Source of the DNA: an uncultured Nitrososphaerales archaeon | GTDB taxonomy: Archaea; Thermoproteota; Nitrososphaeria; Nitrososphaerales; Nitrososphaeraceae | Assembly (NCBI GenBank): GCA_963695855.1 | Contig: CAVOHZ010000010.1 | Coordinates: 1,056,001 to 1,120,000, forward strand | Length of the DNA: 64,000 nucleotides | Direction: 5' to 3' | In this document: one piece after another, positions 22,951-32,828 of the stretch | Position numbering within the stretch: position 1 is the first letter of the stretch | Layout of the letters: every line of letters begins with the position of its first letter | Notes under the pieces: generated by a model | Database searches by the model: none | What the model was told of the DNA's origin: nothing | The model's input: only the letters and a program-made list of their open reading frames with translations | Position numbers and translations under genes: made by a program

Positions 22951-23795
22951 ATTCTTTATTTTGATTGACTAATATAAAATTAGAATTTTGTAGATTATTT
23001 TTAGACATAAGTAATCTTTTGTTACCGAGGGCTAAATAATTTTTTCTTCATGGTATGACATGTATATGACAAGGAAATATTGTTTGGCCATATACTCTCG
23101 TAATATTAGAAATAAATTTCATAATTTTGATAACATTGACATCCTTCATGTAAGACAATAGCAGGATCACAGTTATGTAACGCTGAGTTATATTTTCACG
23201 GTAGGCAGGAAGATTTCTGTATCTGAATACGTATTTGGCATATATTGCATAAACCTGGCGGTACTTGTGGTATAAATATCAATGCTGGATGGACTGAAGA
23301 ACACAATAGATAGGTATTAAAATATCTTTTCTTACAATATTTATCAATTTTATAATAAATAGTAATATTATATGGCTGTAAAATAAACCAACTAAATATT
23401 AATTTTCTTATTATTCTTTATAAAAAATGTTATCAGAATAATATCTACTGTATTATACTATATTTCATAATAGAAATAATGCAGACATTGTGAATTTATG
23501 ATTCTGTTTTTTAGAAGAAGAAAAACAAAGTATCTTATCCAAAAAATTATAGTACTCTATTGAACATACGTTAATCCTTTTAATATTATTAGTTGTTGCG
23601 AAAAATTTAAAAATAAAATTTCTCTATGGGGAAACATACAGATAATTTTTTTGTTGCAAAAAAATTTTTTTAACAAGATGATTTTACCGTATCATGCACA
23701 ACAGGATGATAAATCTTGATGTAAAAATAATTGAAAATCTGTAATTATGATATAAATATTCGGAGGTTATATATGGTTATAAAGTAATTGAAATT

Positions 23796-23933
23796 ATGAA
23801 TCAATGCAAACATTGGGCATGTAATCTAAAGAATAATTCATGTGTTGGTTGTGGTATTATTATATGTCCTAATTGTTTGCAGGAACCCTCTGATTGTAGG
23901 TGCGACAATAAAGATAAATGCTGTAAAGTATGA
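23796..23933 (+). CDS. Unannotated 45-aa Cys-rich (metallothionein/zinc-finger-like) peptide
   Basis: MNQCKHWACNLKNNSCVGCGIIICPNCLQEPSDCRCDNKDKCCKV*: 10 Cys with CxxC, CxC and CC; TTATATAT at 23767-23774. Confidence 0.6.
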   Translation: MNQCKHWACNLKNNSCVGCGIIICPNCLQEPSDCRCDNKDKCCKV

Positions 23934-24077
23934 GTTTAAAAATATATCAAAGGAATCATCGTAAATTTGTAATTTATGAGATAATCTTTATCGTTTTCTT
24001 TCACAGTAAATAATTACCCATCTTTAATAACTTTAATTGTCAACTACAAATTTGTGTCAAAAATCAGTTGACTGTCC

Positions 24078-24109
24078 TCCGTTTTACTGCTAATCCGTTT
24101 TACTGCTAA
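24078..24109. repeat. 16-bp tandem duplication TCCGTTTTACTGCTAA x2
   Basis: Two perfect adjacent copies within decayed sequence. Confidence 0.85.
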
Positions 24110-24525
24110 TGAATAAGTTTAATATTATCCGCCATATTCTTAAAAAGATTGTATATATTTTTTGTTAAAAGTTTTCTATTTGTTCAAAAGCACATTTCTT
24201 ATAATTCTATTTTCTCTTCGTTCGTATGCTTCAATTATCATTATCTTGAATGCAACATTTTTTGATAAATTTAACTAACTTTGGAAACGACATAATTAAT
24301 CATAATGTTTCCTAAATATGTACCTTTATAATCAGAGGGTCAAATTCCCTTCACAAACTCCATGCGTCAACCTATATAAACATTATAGGATTACAAATTA
24401 GTTACTAAATCCAAAGTAATTATATTTTAGATAATGTATATAAAATTAAATATTCATATTTAGTTCTTCAAGCTACTTTGAAATTTATTAAATTATTAAA
24501 TAAGATGATCACTAAATAAGTAATT

Positions 24526-26382
24526 ATGAGTGAATATGAAAATCTAAAGACCTCTGATATACTCGTTGAGACATTAATTGACTGGAATGTTGATGTTGTC
24601 TTCGGTATTCCTGGAGACACTATAAATGGATTCATAGAAGCTCTAAGAACAAGAAAAGACAAGATTAAATTTATACTAACTAGACACGAAGAATCTGCGG
24701 CATTAATGGCATGTGCCTACGCAAAATATACAGGAAAACTTGCAGTATGTACAGCAATTGCGGGTCCAGGTGCGATTCATCTTCTCAATGGACTGTATGA
24801 TGCTAAAGCAGACAATACTCCTGTTATTGCAATTACTGGTGGAACATCTACTGATTTGATGAATTCAAGTTTCCAGCAGGATATTAATTTGTTACAACTC
24901 TTTTCTGATGTTACAGTTTACAATAGCATTATTGGTTCACCTCAACAAGCGGAAATGGCAGTAGATATAGCTTGTAGAACGGCTCTTGTACGTAAAGGAG
25001 TAAGCCACCTCAATATTCCGATTGATGTGCAGGAAAGAAAACTGGAGGATCATTATTCAAGACACAAAATTCCAGGACATACGTCAGATATTTTTGTACC
25101 TCCGGCTTTACCGGATAAAGAATTGATGAAAAAAGCTGCAGAAATACTAAATATTGGAAAAAAAATTGTGCTGCTAGTAGGCCAAGGTGCCCTGCATGCA
25201 TCCAATGAGGTTATTGCTATTGCAGAAAAGTTGAACGCTCCAATTATAAAAGCCCTTCTTGGCAAGGCAGTTATTCCAGACGACCATCCGTACAGTCTCG
25301 GAGGATTGGGGATTTTGGGAACAGAACCAGCAAGCGATGCAATGAATGAATGCGATACACTAATGATGATTGGAACCTCTTTTCCATACATAGAATACCT
25401 TCCTAAACCAGGAAAAGCAATTGGAATTCAAGTTGATATAAAACCTGAAAAAATTGGGTTGAGATTTCCTGTTAAAATAGGATTGATAGGTGATTCTAAA
25501 AATGTATTGATAGAATTGTTACCATTAATATCTGCTAGAAAAGAAGAAAATAATACTAAAAATAATTTAAAAGATAATGATGACGAAAAAAACAGAACCA
25601 ATGAAACAAGTCTACAATTTCTAAAATCAAAACAGAATGCAATGAAAAATTGGAATGGTATTTTAAAGGAACAGAGTAATCGCTCGGGCGAGCCGATAAA
25701 ACCTCAGGTTGTAGCTGCTGCAGTTTCTGAAGTCTTGGAAGATGATGCAATAATATCTGTAGATAGTGGAATAAACACATGTTGGGCTGCAAGATTTTTA
25801 AATATGAGAGAAGGTATGAAGTTTTCGGGTTCAGGTAGCCTGGCAACTATGGGCTGCGGCGTTCCTTATGCAATTGCAGCTAAAATTGCATATCCTGAAA
25901 AACAGTCAATTGCATTTGTTGGAGATGGTGGATTTACAATGCTTATGAGTGAATTTGCAACTGCGGTTCAATACAATCTACCCGTTAAAGTAATAATAAT
26001 TAATAATAACCTGCTAGGGATGATACGATGGGAACAGATTGCATTTCTCGGAAATCCTGAATATGGAGTAGAATTTTCCCAAATTGATTTTGTTAAATTT
26101 GCAGAAGCCTGTGGTGGCAGAGGATTTTCAATCAAAAAATCAGCTGATGTGAAGCCAGTTATACAAAAAGCGATGACAGAAAATAATGACGTTCCTGTTA
26201 TAATAGATGCACATGTAGACCCATTTGAACCGCCACTACCTCCGAAAGTAGATATGGAATTTGTAAGCAACGTCATTAAGTCTTTTGCAAAAGGACAGCC
26301 TTATGCAAAGGAAATTGGTTTGACGTTGTCCATAGACCAGCTCCACGAAAAGCTAAGGAAATTGCATTCGCACAAGAAATAG
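24526..26382 (+). CDS. Thiamine-pyrophosphate enzyme, pyruvate oxidase/PoxB-like
   Basis: FGIPGDTING, RHEESAA, GPGAIHLLNGLYDAK, GDGGF...NN TPP motif. Confidence 0.9.
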   Translation: MSEYENLKTSDILVETLIDWNVDVVFGIPGDTINGFIEALRTRKDKIKFILTRHEESAALMACAYAKYTGKLAVCTAIAGPGAIHLLNGLYDAKADNTPVIAITGGTSTDLMNSSFQQDINLLQLFSDVTVYNSIIGSPQQAEMAVDIACRTALVRKGVSHLNIPIDVQERKLEDHYSRHKIPGHTSDIFVPPALPDKELMKKAAEILNIGKKIVLLVGQGALHASNEVIAIAEKLNAPIIKALLGKAVIPDDHPYSLGGLGILGTEPASDAMNECDTLMMIGTSFPYIEYLPKPGKAIGIQVDIKPEKIGLRFPVKIGLIGDSKNVLIELLPLISARKEENNTKNNLKDNDDEKNRTNETSLQFLKSKQNAMKNWNGILKEQSNRSGEPIKPQVVAAAVSEVLEDDAIISVDSGINTCWAARFLNMREGMKFSGSGSLATMGCGVPYAIAAKIAYPEKQSIAFVGDGGFTMLMSEFATAVQYNLPVKVIIINNNLLGMIRWEQIAFLGNPEYGVEFSQIDFVKFAEACGGRGFSIKKSADVKPVIQKAMTENNDVPVIIDAHVDPFEPPLPPKVDMEFVSNVIKSFAKGQPYAKEIGLTLSIDQLHEKLRKLHSHKK

Positions 26383-27207
26383 AATGATTATGGTGCATAT
26401 CATATTACTGTCACTACAAAACCACACGAGAAAGAACATTTTCAATATAATATTAGTCAGTAAACGAGTTAACATAATAGAAATAATAAACCTAATAGAG
26501 GTTCATCTACTATTATTTCGAATTCATCACTTTTACAAGCTCCCTTCATTCATTTGAAAAAACTAATGAATGTTTAGATGTTCCGATCCAATTTCATGAA
26601 ATGTCGATGTCCGATACACTCGTATTTTCTCGATTGACGAAAACAGTGACCAATTGACCGTTTGTATGATGAATTTAATTATATAATGACGAAATACGTC
26701 AAAACCTAAATACTATATAGAATTATGACAGAAAATTGGCTGTCAGAATCGCGCCTGCAACAAGATCATCAGTAATAAAATTATGGTTAATGAGTAACAC
26801 AAGAGATGAAATAGCATTAAAATAATTAATCACCAAAGGAACTGCCTCAAATATTAAGCAATGGAAAAATATGATTGGGTTCAATGACGCTTCTAGCATG
26901 AGAGACCTTGCTGTAGCACTGAGGAAGTCTATTTACCGGAGACTTGTTGAATAATATGCCGTATGGAAACGCGACTTATTTGAACCCTCTTTCAGAGGAA
27001 ATAAAAAGATATCCAACTGTCAACGACAATTTAAATAGGCCGGACCAAGAATTCCTGAAAAATCAGTCCGAGATCTCCAAATTGGCAGCAAACAAATCGT
27101 TTTTAGATTTTTTTGTTCATTATGGAATGTTATTTGTTTGATGTACAGTATTTCATTGAAAATTCAGGTACATATTCAGAAAAAGTTTGTTGAAATTGTG
27201 ACAATAC

Positions 27208-27498
27208 ATGGTTTACTTGCTTTACACGAGTTCAATAAAAGAAAACTCAACCAGTTCAAGAGAAAAAATTAAACCAAACAAAAAAAGAAAAATCTTCAAA
27301 GAAGAAAATAAACCAGATTTTATCCAGCGAATCTTGGATTGTTCACATGAAAAGATGTTAGCAACCTTATCAGAATATAAAAGAAGCATACAAGTTCAAG
27401 ATTTAACAAATAACCAGTGCAACAATAAACAATTGCTGAAAGATCTGGTTGTTGATATCGAAGATTTAGAAAAGAAAATAAATCTAAAAATAAAGTGA
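27208..27498 (+). CDS. Hypothetical protein or gene remnant
   Basis: 96-aa ORF within a zone of interrupted ORFs (26790-27820). Confidence 0.3.
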   Translation: MVYLLYTSSIKENSTSSREKIKPNKKRKIFKEENKPDFIQRILDCSHEKMLATLSEYKRSIQVQDLTNNQCNNKQLLKDLVVDIEDLEKKINLKIK

Positions 27499-27985
27499 AA
27501 AGTGGAATATTTAGTGCCTCTTCGAAAATAGATTCTATGGAGTATATATAACAAAACACATATTGAGTTACAATAAAAAATAAAAAAATAAAGGATTCAG
27601 AACTTTAGTTTTCAAAAATAGATTCATGGAAATCAGACTATATAAAAGAGAACATCAACAACATCCCTGCAATTATGGTACCAAAATCCTAAAGTATCAA
27701 AAGAACCAGTCGAGAAAACAATTAGACGCTGTATCGTCTTTAGAATGTAGATTTCTCGGTAAAAACAGTCATAGCCCAATAAAGCAAGAAGAAGCTAAAG
27801 TGTTAGAGATTTTAAAGTAATTGTCTACAAAATTCATGCTTAATTTTATATGCTAGCATCTGGATCATAAAATATATTCAATAGGTATAAAAGTACATAA
27901 TTAATTGGATATTTATTTATTAATTTAAAATCCAATTCTTTTCTCATATAGAAATTTGGGAAAGAGAGACTAATGTGAAACATAC

Positions 27986-28600
27986 TTATTTTTTCAATAA
28001 TTCGTAATATTCCTTGATATGTTCAAAACCTCTTATCTTATGATCTGAATTTATATTTATCTTTTTTAGATTAAATTTATTTTCCATTTTTTTTTTAGTT
28101 TCTTCTGAAACAACGATTTGGTTTTTTTTTTGGGCGACTTCCTCTATTCTCTTTGCTAGATTGACAGCAGAACCAATTACTGTAACCTGATCACGAATTT
28201 CTGTATTAATGTTACCCACCAATGACTCTCCGGTATTTATACCACAATTTAGATAGATATTAGCTATATCAAGGCCAAATTGATTATTCCATATTTCAAT
28301 CCATTCATCTTTAATTTTTTCAAAGATGGCAGACAGTTCAATTGCTGATTTCAATGCATCTAGTACGCTTTCTTTATTGTCGTAAATTTTGTTATCTTTG
28401 AACCCAAAAATCGCCATTAAACCATCACCCATAAATTTGTCTAAAATACCTTTGTTTTTATGAATAATTCTATCTGCTTCATTAAAAAACTCACGAAAAA
28501 ATCCTACTATTAAATAAGGTTCATTCTCTAATAATTCGCAAAGTTTGGAAAATCCACCTAAATCCCAAAAAACGATAGATAAAACTTTGTTTCTGAACAT
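27986..28600 (-). CDS. Class III adenylate/guanylate cyclase catalytic domain (intact 3' part of the fusion)
   Basis: Both metal-binding Asp, substrate Lys, Thr and NxxxR are present. Confidence 0.75.
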   Translation of the reverse strand: MFRNKVLSIVFWDLGGFSKLCELLENEPYLIVGFFREFFNEADRIIHKNKGILDKFMGDGLMAIFGFKDNKIYDNKESVLDALKSAIELSAIFEKIKDEWIEIWNNQFGLDIANIYLNCGINTGESLVGNINTEIRDQVTVIGSAVNLAKRIEEVAQKKNQIVVSEETKKKMENKFNLKKININSDHKIRGFEHIKEYYELLKK

Positions 28601-29090
28601 TTCCAGGTTTGGATAGTTAAATATTTCTAAAATTATGGGATCTGCCTATCGGATTAGCATAGATTCTATTGATTGATTCCGTACATTTGAGAGTATCTTG
28701 TTTAAATACTTAATTTCACTACTAACGATATCGCTATTTGTACCTGAAATTGTCTTGTTAAATACAATAAAACCTTGTTCTGCAGGATGTATTACACAAT
28801 AGTAACGTATTAATCCACTTGGCGCATCAAATTTCTTTGAGTAACATTTCTGAGGCTGGATTATTTCACTAAATACCATCAGGTTTACCATTTTCAATAT
28901 CTCCTGAAATTAAATCATGAGACCCTGAATCCTTGTTGATCCATGATATGGTTTCTCCATCTTTTATTGATACAATCCTTGGAGTAAAATATTTTATGTT
29001 ATGAACTTCATGCATTTTCGTTTTTCTGAAACCCTTGGGAATAACTATTACTTTGTTCATCATGCTTACAAACCTTGAATCTATCTGCAT
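27986..29090 (-). pseudogene. Cupredoxin-class III adenylate cyclase fusion, interrupted
   Basis: Three track ORFs join into one: cupredoxin (FTPRIVSIKDGETISWINKDSGSHDL...YYCVIHPAEQG) with a frameshift near 28870, an in-frame TAG at 28646-28648, a 15-codon linker, then the cyclase (WDLGGFS, DKFMGDG, TVIGSAVNLAKR). Confidence 0.85.
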
Positions 29091-29693
29091 TTAGAGAGTA
29101 CACTAAACTTATTAGAGGCATCTATCCTATGTTAACAATAATAGATTAATTTTTGTATTGATTCATCATCATCTGAAACATTGGAAATTTGTAATAGAAT
29201 GTGTGAATGTTGTTAAATATATGCCAAAGAACAGTCGTTATCCGATAGAGATTGATTTGACAATATTTTTCAAGGTATGTCAGTGTTTTTGACATATATC
29301 TCAGACGGAGAACACAAAAAAAGAGTACATAGCAATATATTACGAGTCTTCTTTTTTTTTCATATAATTTATTCATTGTTAGATTCGAAATATAATATTC
29401 ATATATGGATCTATTTTTGTTCTGTTCATATCACTACTTATTCTAAATAATAAAAAAGATATTTGTACGCATAGAAATTCATTCAGCCAAATCCGATATT
29501 GGTAATAATGATTTGCCATGTACCATTTATTAGTAGAATAAGAAATTCTCATAGTTAAATTTTATAGATAAATATAATGTAACTTCATAAGGATATTTCA
29601 TCGATAAAATAGTAACAAAAACATTTTAAATAATATTATTATGATAAAGATATTGTTAAAAATCATAGTAATAATATTGAATTCGGTATAATT

Positions 29694-30551
29694 TTGCTAC
29701 TCTTATTTGCTATTCCTATAATTGATAAAGAAGTGACTGCTCAAGAGATTATCGACAATGAGGTATTATCTGAAAATAATGATGATAATTCAGATATAAA
29801 CAAATTTGTAGCTAAGCCTCAAGTTGATGTAAATATACAGGGTACTAAACTAGATGACAAATTGAGGGGAGGAGATGGAGATGACCAAATTGAGGGAGGA
29901 AAGGGAGAAGATACTCTCCAAGGTAATGAAGGAGATGACCAAATTGATGGAGGAAAGGGAGACGATAAGCTGAAGGGAGGAGATGATGATGACCAAATTG
30001 ATGGAGGAGATGATGATGACCAAATTGATGGAGGAAAGGGAGACGATAAGCTGAAGGGAGGAGATGATGATGACCAAATTGATGGAGGAGATGATGATGA
30101 CCAAATTGATGGAGGAAAGGGAGACGATGTCATGGATGGAGGAAAGGGAGAAGATAAGCTGAAGGGAGGAGATGGAAATGATACTCTTCGGGGTAATGAA
30201 GCAGATGATGAAATTGATGGAGGAAAGGCAGATGATCTCATAGATGGGGCAGTTGGTGACGATGAGCTGAAGGGGGGAAAAGGAGCAGATAGATTTATGT
30301 GCGATATGGGGGACAAAATTATAGATTATAATTCTTTAGAAAATGATAAAATTGTAGGACAATGCAAATATGAAGATAAAGGATTAATACCAAAACCTAT
30401 ACCTATCCCTGATAAAGTTATACCTAAACAGGCTGTAGAAAAAGAAGATCTATTTCCAAATTCAGCAGTGAAACCCAGCAACGAGGACGATAGCTTTCAA
30501 AAATTTGTGTCAAAATTTATTGGTATGTATTTTTCAGGATTATTCAAATAA
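29694..30551 (+). CDS. Secreted calcium-binding protein with RTX/hemolysin-type GGxGxD repeats
   Basis: Many nonapeptides (GGKGDDKLK, GGDDDDQID) and a hydrophobic N-terminus; start uncertain. Confidence 0.88.
   Translation: MLLLFAIPIIDKEVTAQEIIDNEVLSENNDDNSDINKFVAKPQVDVNIQGTKLDDKLRGGDGDDQIEGGKGEDTLQGNEGDDQIDGGKGDDKLKGGDDDDQIDGGDDDDQIDGGKGDDKLKGGDDDDQIDGGDDDDQIDGGKGDDVMDGGKGEDKLKGGDGNDTLRGNEADDEIDGGKADDLIDGAVGDDELKGGKGADRFMCDMGDKIIDYNSLENDKIVGQCKYEDKGLIPKPIPIPDKVIPKQAVEKEDLFPNSAVKPSNEDDSFQKFVSKFIGMYFSGLFK
29866..30290. repeat. 27-bp-unit tandem repeats (RTX), with a higher-order 81-bp duplication
   Basis: GGAGGA...GATGACCAAATTGAT units visible. Confidence 0.85.
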
Positions 30552-30702
30552 CATTATTGTGATTTTTCACATATTTTTTAACCAAATATAAAATCTATCT
30601 CAATACAAAACTATATGGTCATTGAACTGGAACAGGTATATCGGCCATGAACGATGCTTTCAATCATTTTTCCAGCACTGCAATCTGTAAAAGATTAGAT
30701 AG

Positions 30703-31872
30703 TTATTTCAGATTTAAAGCAGCAATTGTACTGGCAAAGGTTTGATACGGTACTGCACCGGGAATTACACTTATCAGTTCATTATCTTTCAAAAGAACAA
30801 ATCCTGGGGTTCCAGAAAGTCCTATACTTCTTGCCAGCGAGTTATTTTCATCTACCAGATTTTGGTATTGCGCAGTTTGCACACAATTTTTAAATTTTTC
30901 TGTATCTGCAATCTGTACATTGGTTGCGAATTGTGTCAGTGAATCCAAAGTTATCCACTGCTGCGGTTCAGGTTTGAAATTATTAAATATCTCATTTGAA
31001 AATTCCCAGTATTTGTTCTGTTCAGCGGCACAATATGATGCTAATGCAGCCTGGTTAGACCCTCTGTATGCTCCACGATCATTTACAACGAAATCCTTGT
31101 ACAGAAATTTTACCATCCCTTTATCCACAAAATTTTGTGCTATTTTATCAAAACTTTCTTCATGAAATTTATGACAGAACGGACATCTGTAATCTGCAAA
31201 CTCAACTAGTGCTATCTTTGCATTTGGATCTCCAAGAGGTTTGACGTTTTCTGATATTGGTTCAAGCAATTGTGGTACAGATTTAGAAACTAAAAATTTT
31301 TCGGAGTACTGTACCAAGGAAGAGATCATTCTGTCAACAGTGGGTAAAGAACTGTAGTATTTTTCAGGTGTAGAAATGAATGACAGAAGGTACAGGTTCT
31401 TATTATCAAGATTTCCAAAGTCTACTTGAATTCTCTTTGTATTATCTGAATCGGTATAAGAATAAACCAATTTGTGGGAGAACATCTTTTTGGTATTAGG
31501 GATTATTGATGAATCTTCCAAATTAAAGTTATTCAAGGTGCTGCTTTTGTCTTTCAGTGTTGCTTCAACGATAGATTTCATTGATATAAAATTTGAAGTA
31601 ATAGGTATTGTACTTACTTTAACTACTTGTTTTGATGATCCATCTGGAGGTTGAAATTCTACTTCCGTATCTGAAATTTCAGAAAAAGTCCAACTACTGG
31701 GATAATCAACCTTTATACTGGAATCTGTATTCTCATAAGCAGAAAATTTCTCTTTTTGCTCGTTGATTAAATCAGATGATGACGGTATAGTCCATTGAGC
31801 TTCAACATTCATGGTTAGAAAATAAAGAATGCATAATGCTGAAGATATCAATACAAATAGCTTAAAATTCAC
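30703..31872 (-). CDS. Secreted PsbP-like domain + DsbA/thioredoxin fusion
   Basis: Signal peptide; YENTDSSIKVDYPSSW PsbP-like start; GDPNAKIALVEFADYRCPFC; GTPGF cis-Pro loop. Confidence 0.85.
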   Translation of the reverse strand: MNFKLFVLISSALCILYFLTMNVEAQWTIPSSSDLINEQKEKFSAYENTDSSIKVDYPSSWTFSEISDTEVEFQPPDGSSKQVVKVSTIPITSNFISMKSIVEATLKDKSSTLNNFNLEDSSIIPNTKKMFSHKLVYSYTDSDNTKRIQVDFGNLDNKNLYLLSFISTPEKYYSSLPTVDRMISSLVQYSEKFLVSKSVPQLLEPISENVKPLGDPNAKIALVEFADYRCPFCHKFHEESFDKIAQNFVDKGMVKFLYKDFVVNDRGAYRGSNQAALASYCAAEQNKYWEFSNEIFNNFKPEPQQWITLDSLTQFATNVQIADTEKFKNCVQTAQYQNLVDENNSLARSIGLSGTPGFVLLKDNELISVIPGAVPYQTFASTIAALNLK

Positions 31873-32139
31873 TAAGTGGCATCATAGTATATTCTTATAA
31901 ATTACATTGTCTTGGAGATATAACGACTGAGTTAAGAGAATTTCACAACAAAAACTAGTATTGTTATAAAAAGTATCATATCATCAGTTGCAAAACTAAA
32001 AGAAATCAAATAAAATTCTATGAATACACGTGGATAGTTTGAATGATAAGTTCATAGTAGTCATCATGTTAAACCAATACCTCAATAAATTCATGGTTTT
32101 ACCTGACAATGAATATTATTTCCTAGAATCAGATAATGA

Positions 32140-32202
32140 TTGGATGGATGAATGAATGAATGTATGTATGTAGGTATGGATGGATGGATGGATGGATGGA
32201 TA
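32140..32202. repeat. Compound tetranucleotide microsatellite (GGAT/GAAT/GTAT)n
   Basis: tggatggatgaatgaatgaatgtatgtatgtaggtatggatggatggatggatggatgga. Confidence 0.9.
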
Positions 32203-32364
32203 TATTTACCGGGTCCATTCACAATTTGGAGATATTAAAAAAAGATGAACTTGAAAAATTATATTTTAAAACATGAAAAATAGCATATTTGTGAAAAAAA
32301 GGCAATCCCCTATATAAAGCTCTTAAAAATCTTATAATACAGCTATAATATCTATAGCAAGTAC

Positions 32365-32700
32365 ATGAGGCGGGGGAGAAACCAGTCAGCTGTAATAATA
32401 CTATCAACATTCCCAAATAAGGAATCAATAATCCAAAATGTAAACGAGGTAATTATCGAAAAAAAATTATGTGCATGTATAAGTCTCGTACCTGTTAGGT
32501 CATTCTATTCATGGAGCAACAAACTTGAAGATCATGAGGAGATCATGGTATTGTTCAAGACTACCAAATCCCTAGCCACCAAATTGAAATTGGAAATTGC
32601 TAGGATCCATCCATATGACGTTCCTGAAATCATTGAAATGAAGATGAACGACGTTGCTAAATCATATCTAAAATGGATGATAGAATCGATAAAGAGCTAA
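32365..32700 (+). CDS. cutA: Divalent-cation tolerance protein CutA
   Basis: LCACI, SFYSW, LFKTT, HPYDVPEII, YLKW. Confidence 0.92.
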   Translation: MRRGRNQSAVIILSTFPNKESIIQNVNEVIIEKKLCACISLVPVRSFYSWSNKLEDHEEIMVLFKTTKSLATKLKLEIARIHPYDVPEIIEMKMNDVAKSYLKWMIESIKS

Positions 32701-32828
32701 ATTCGATATCTATCTTCTTGCTTCCAATCATCGATATTTGGTTTACATTTTACAGAACAAACAAAATTTATTTTCTTTTTTTGGTATAACGTTTTATACT
32801 TTAGAACCAAAGTATTAACAAAAAAATC

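Noticed and set aside
28646-28648. In-frame TAGs (cyclase, esterase, TerS-like) as pyrrolysine or stop-codon recoding
   Set aside because: Intact genes here end in TAG, the same pseudogenes also have frameshifts, truncations or TGA/TAA stops, and no pyl genes are visible
29819-30316. Minus-strand Ser/Pro-rich ORFs
   Set aside because: Shadows of the RTX repeat gene
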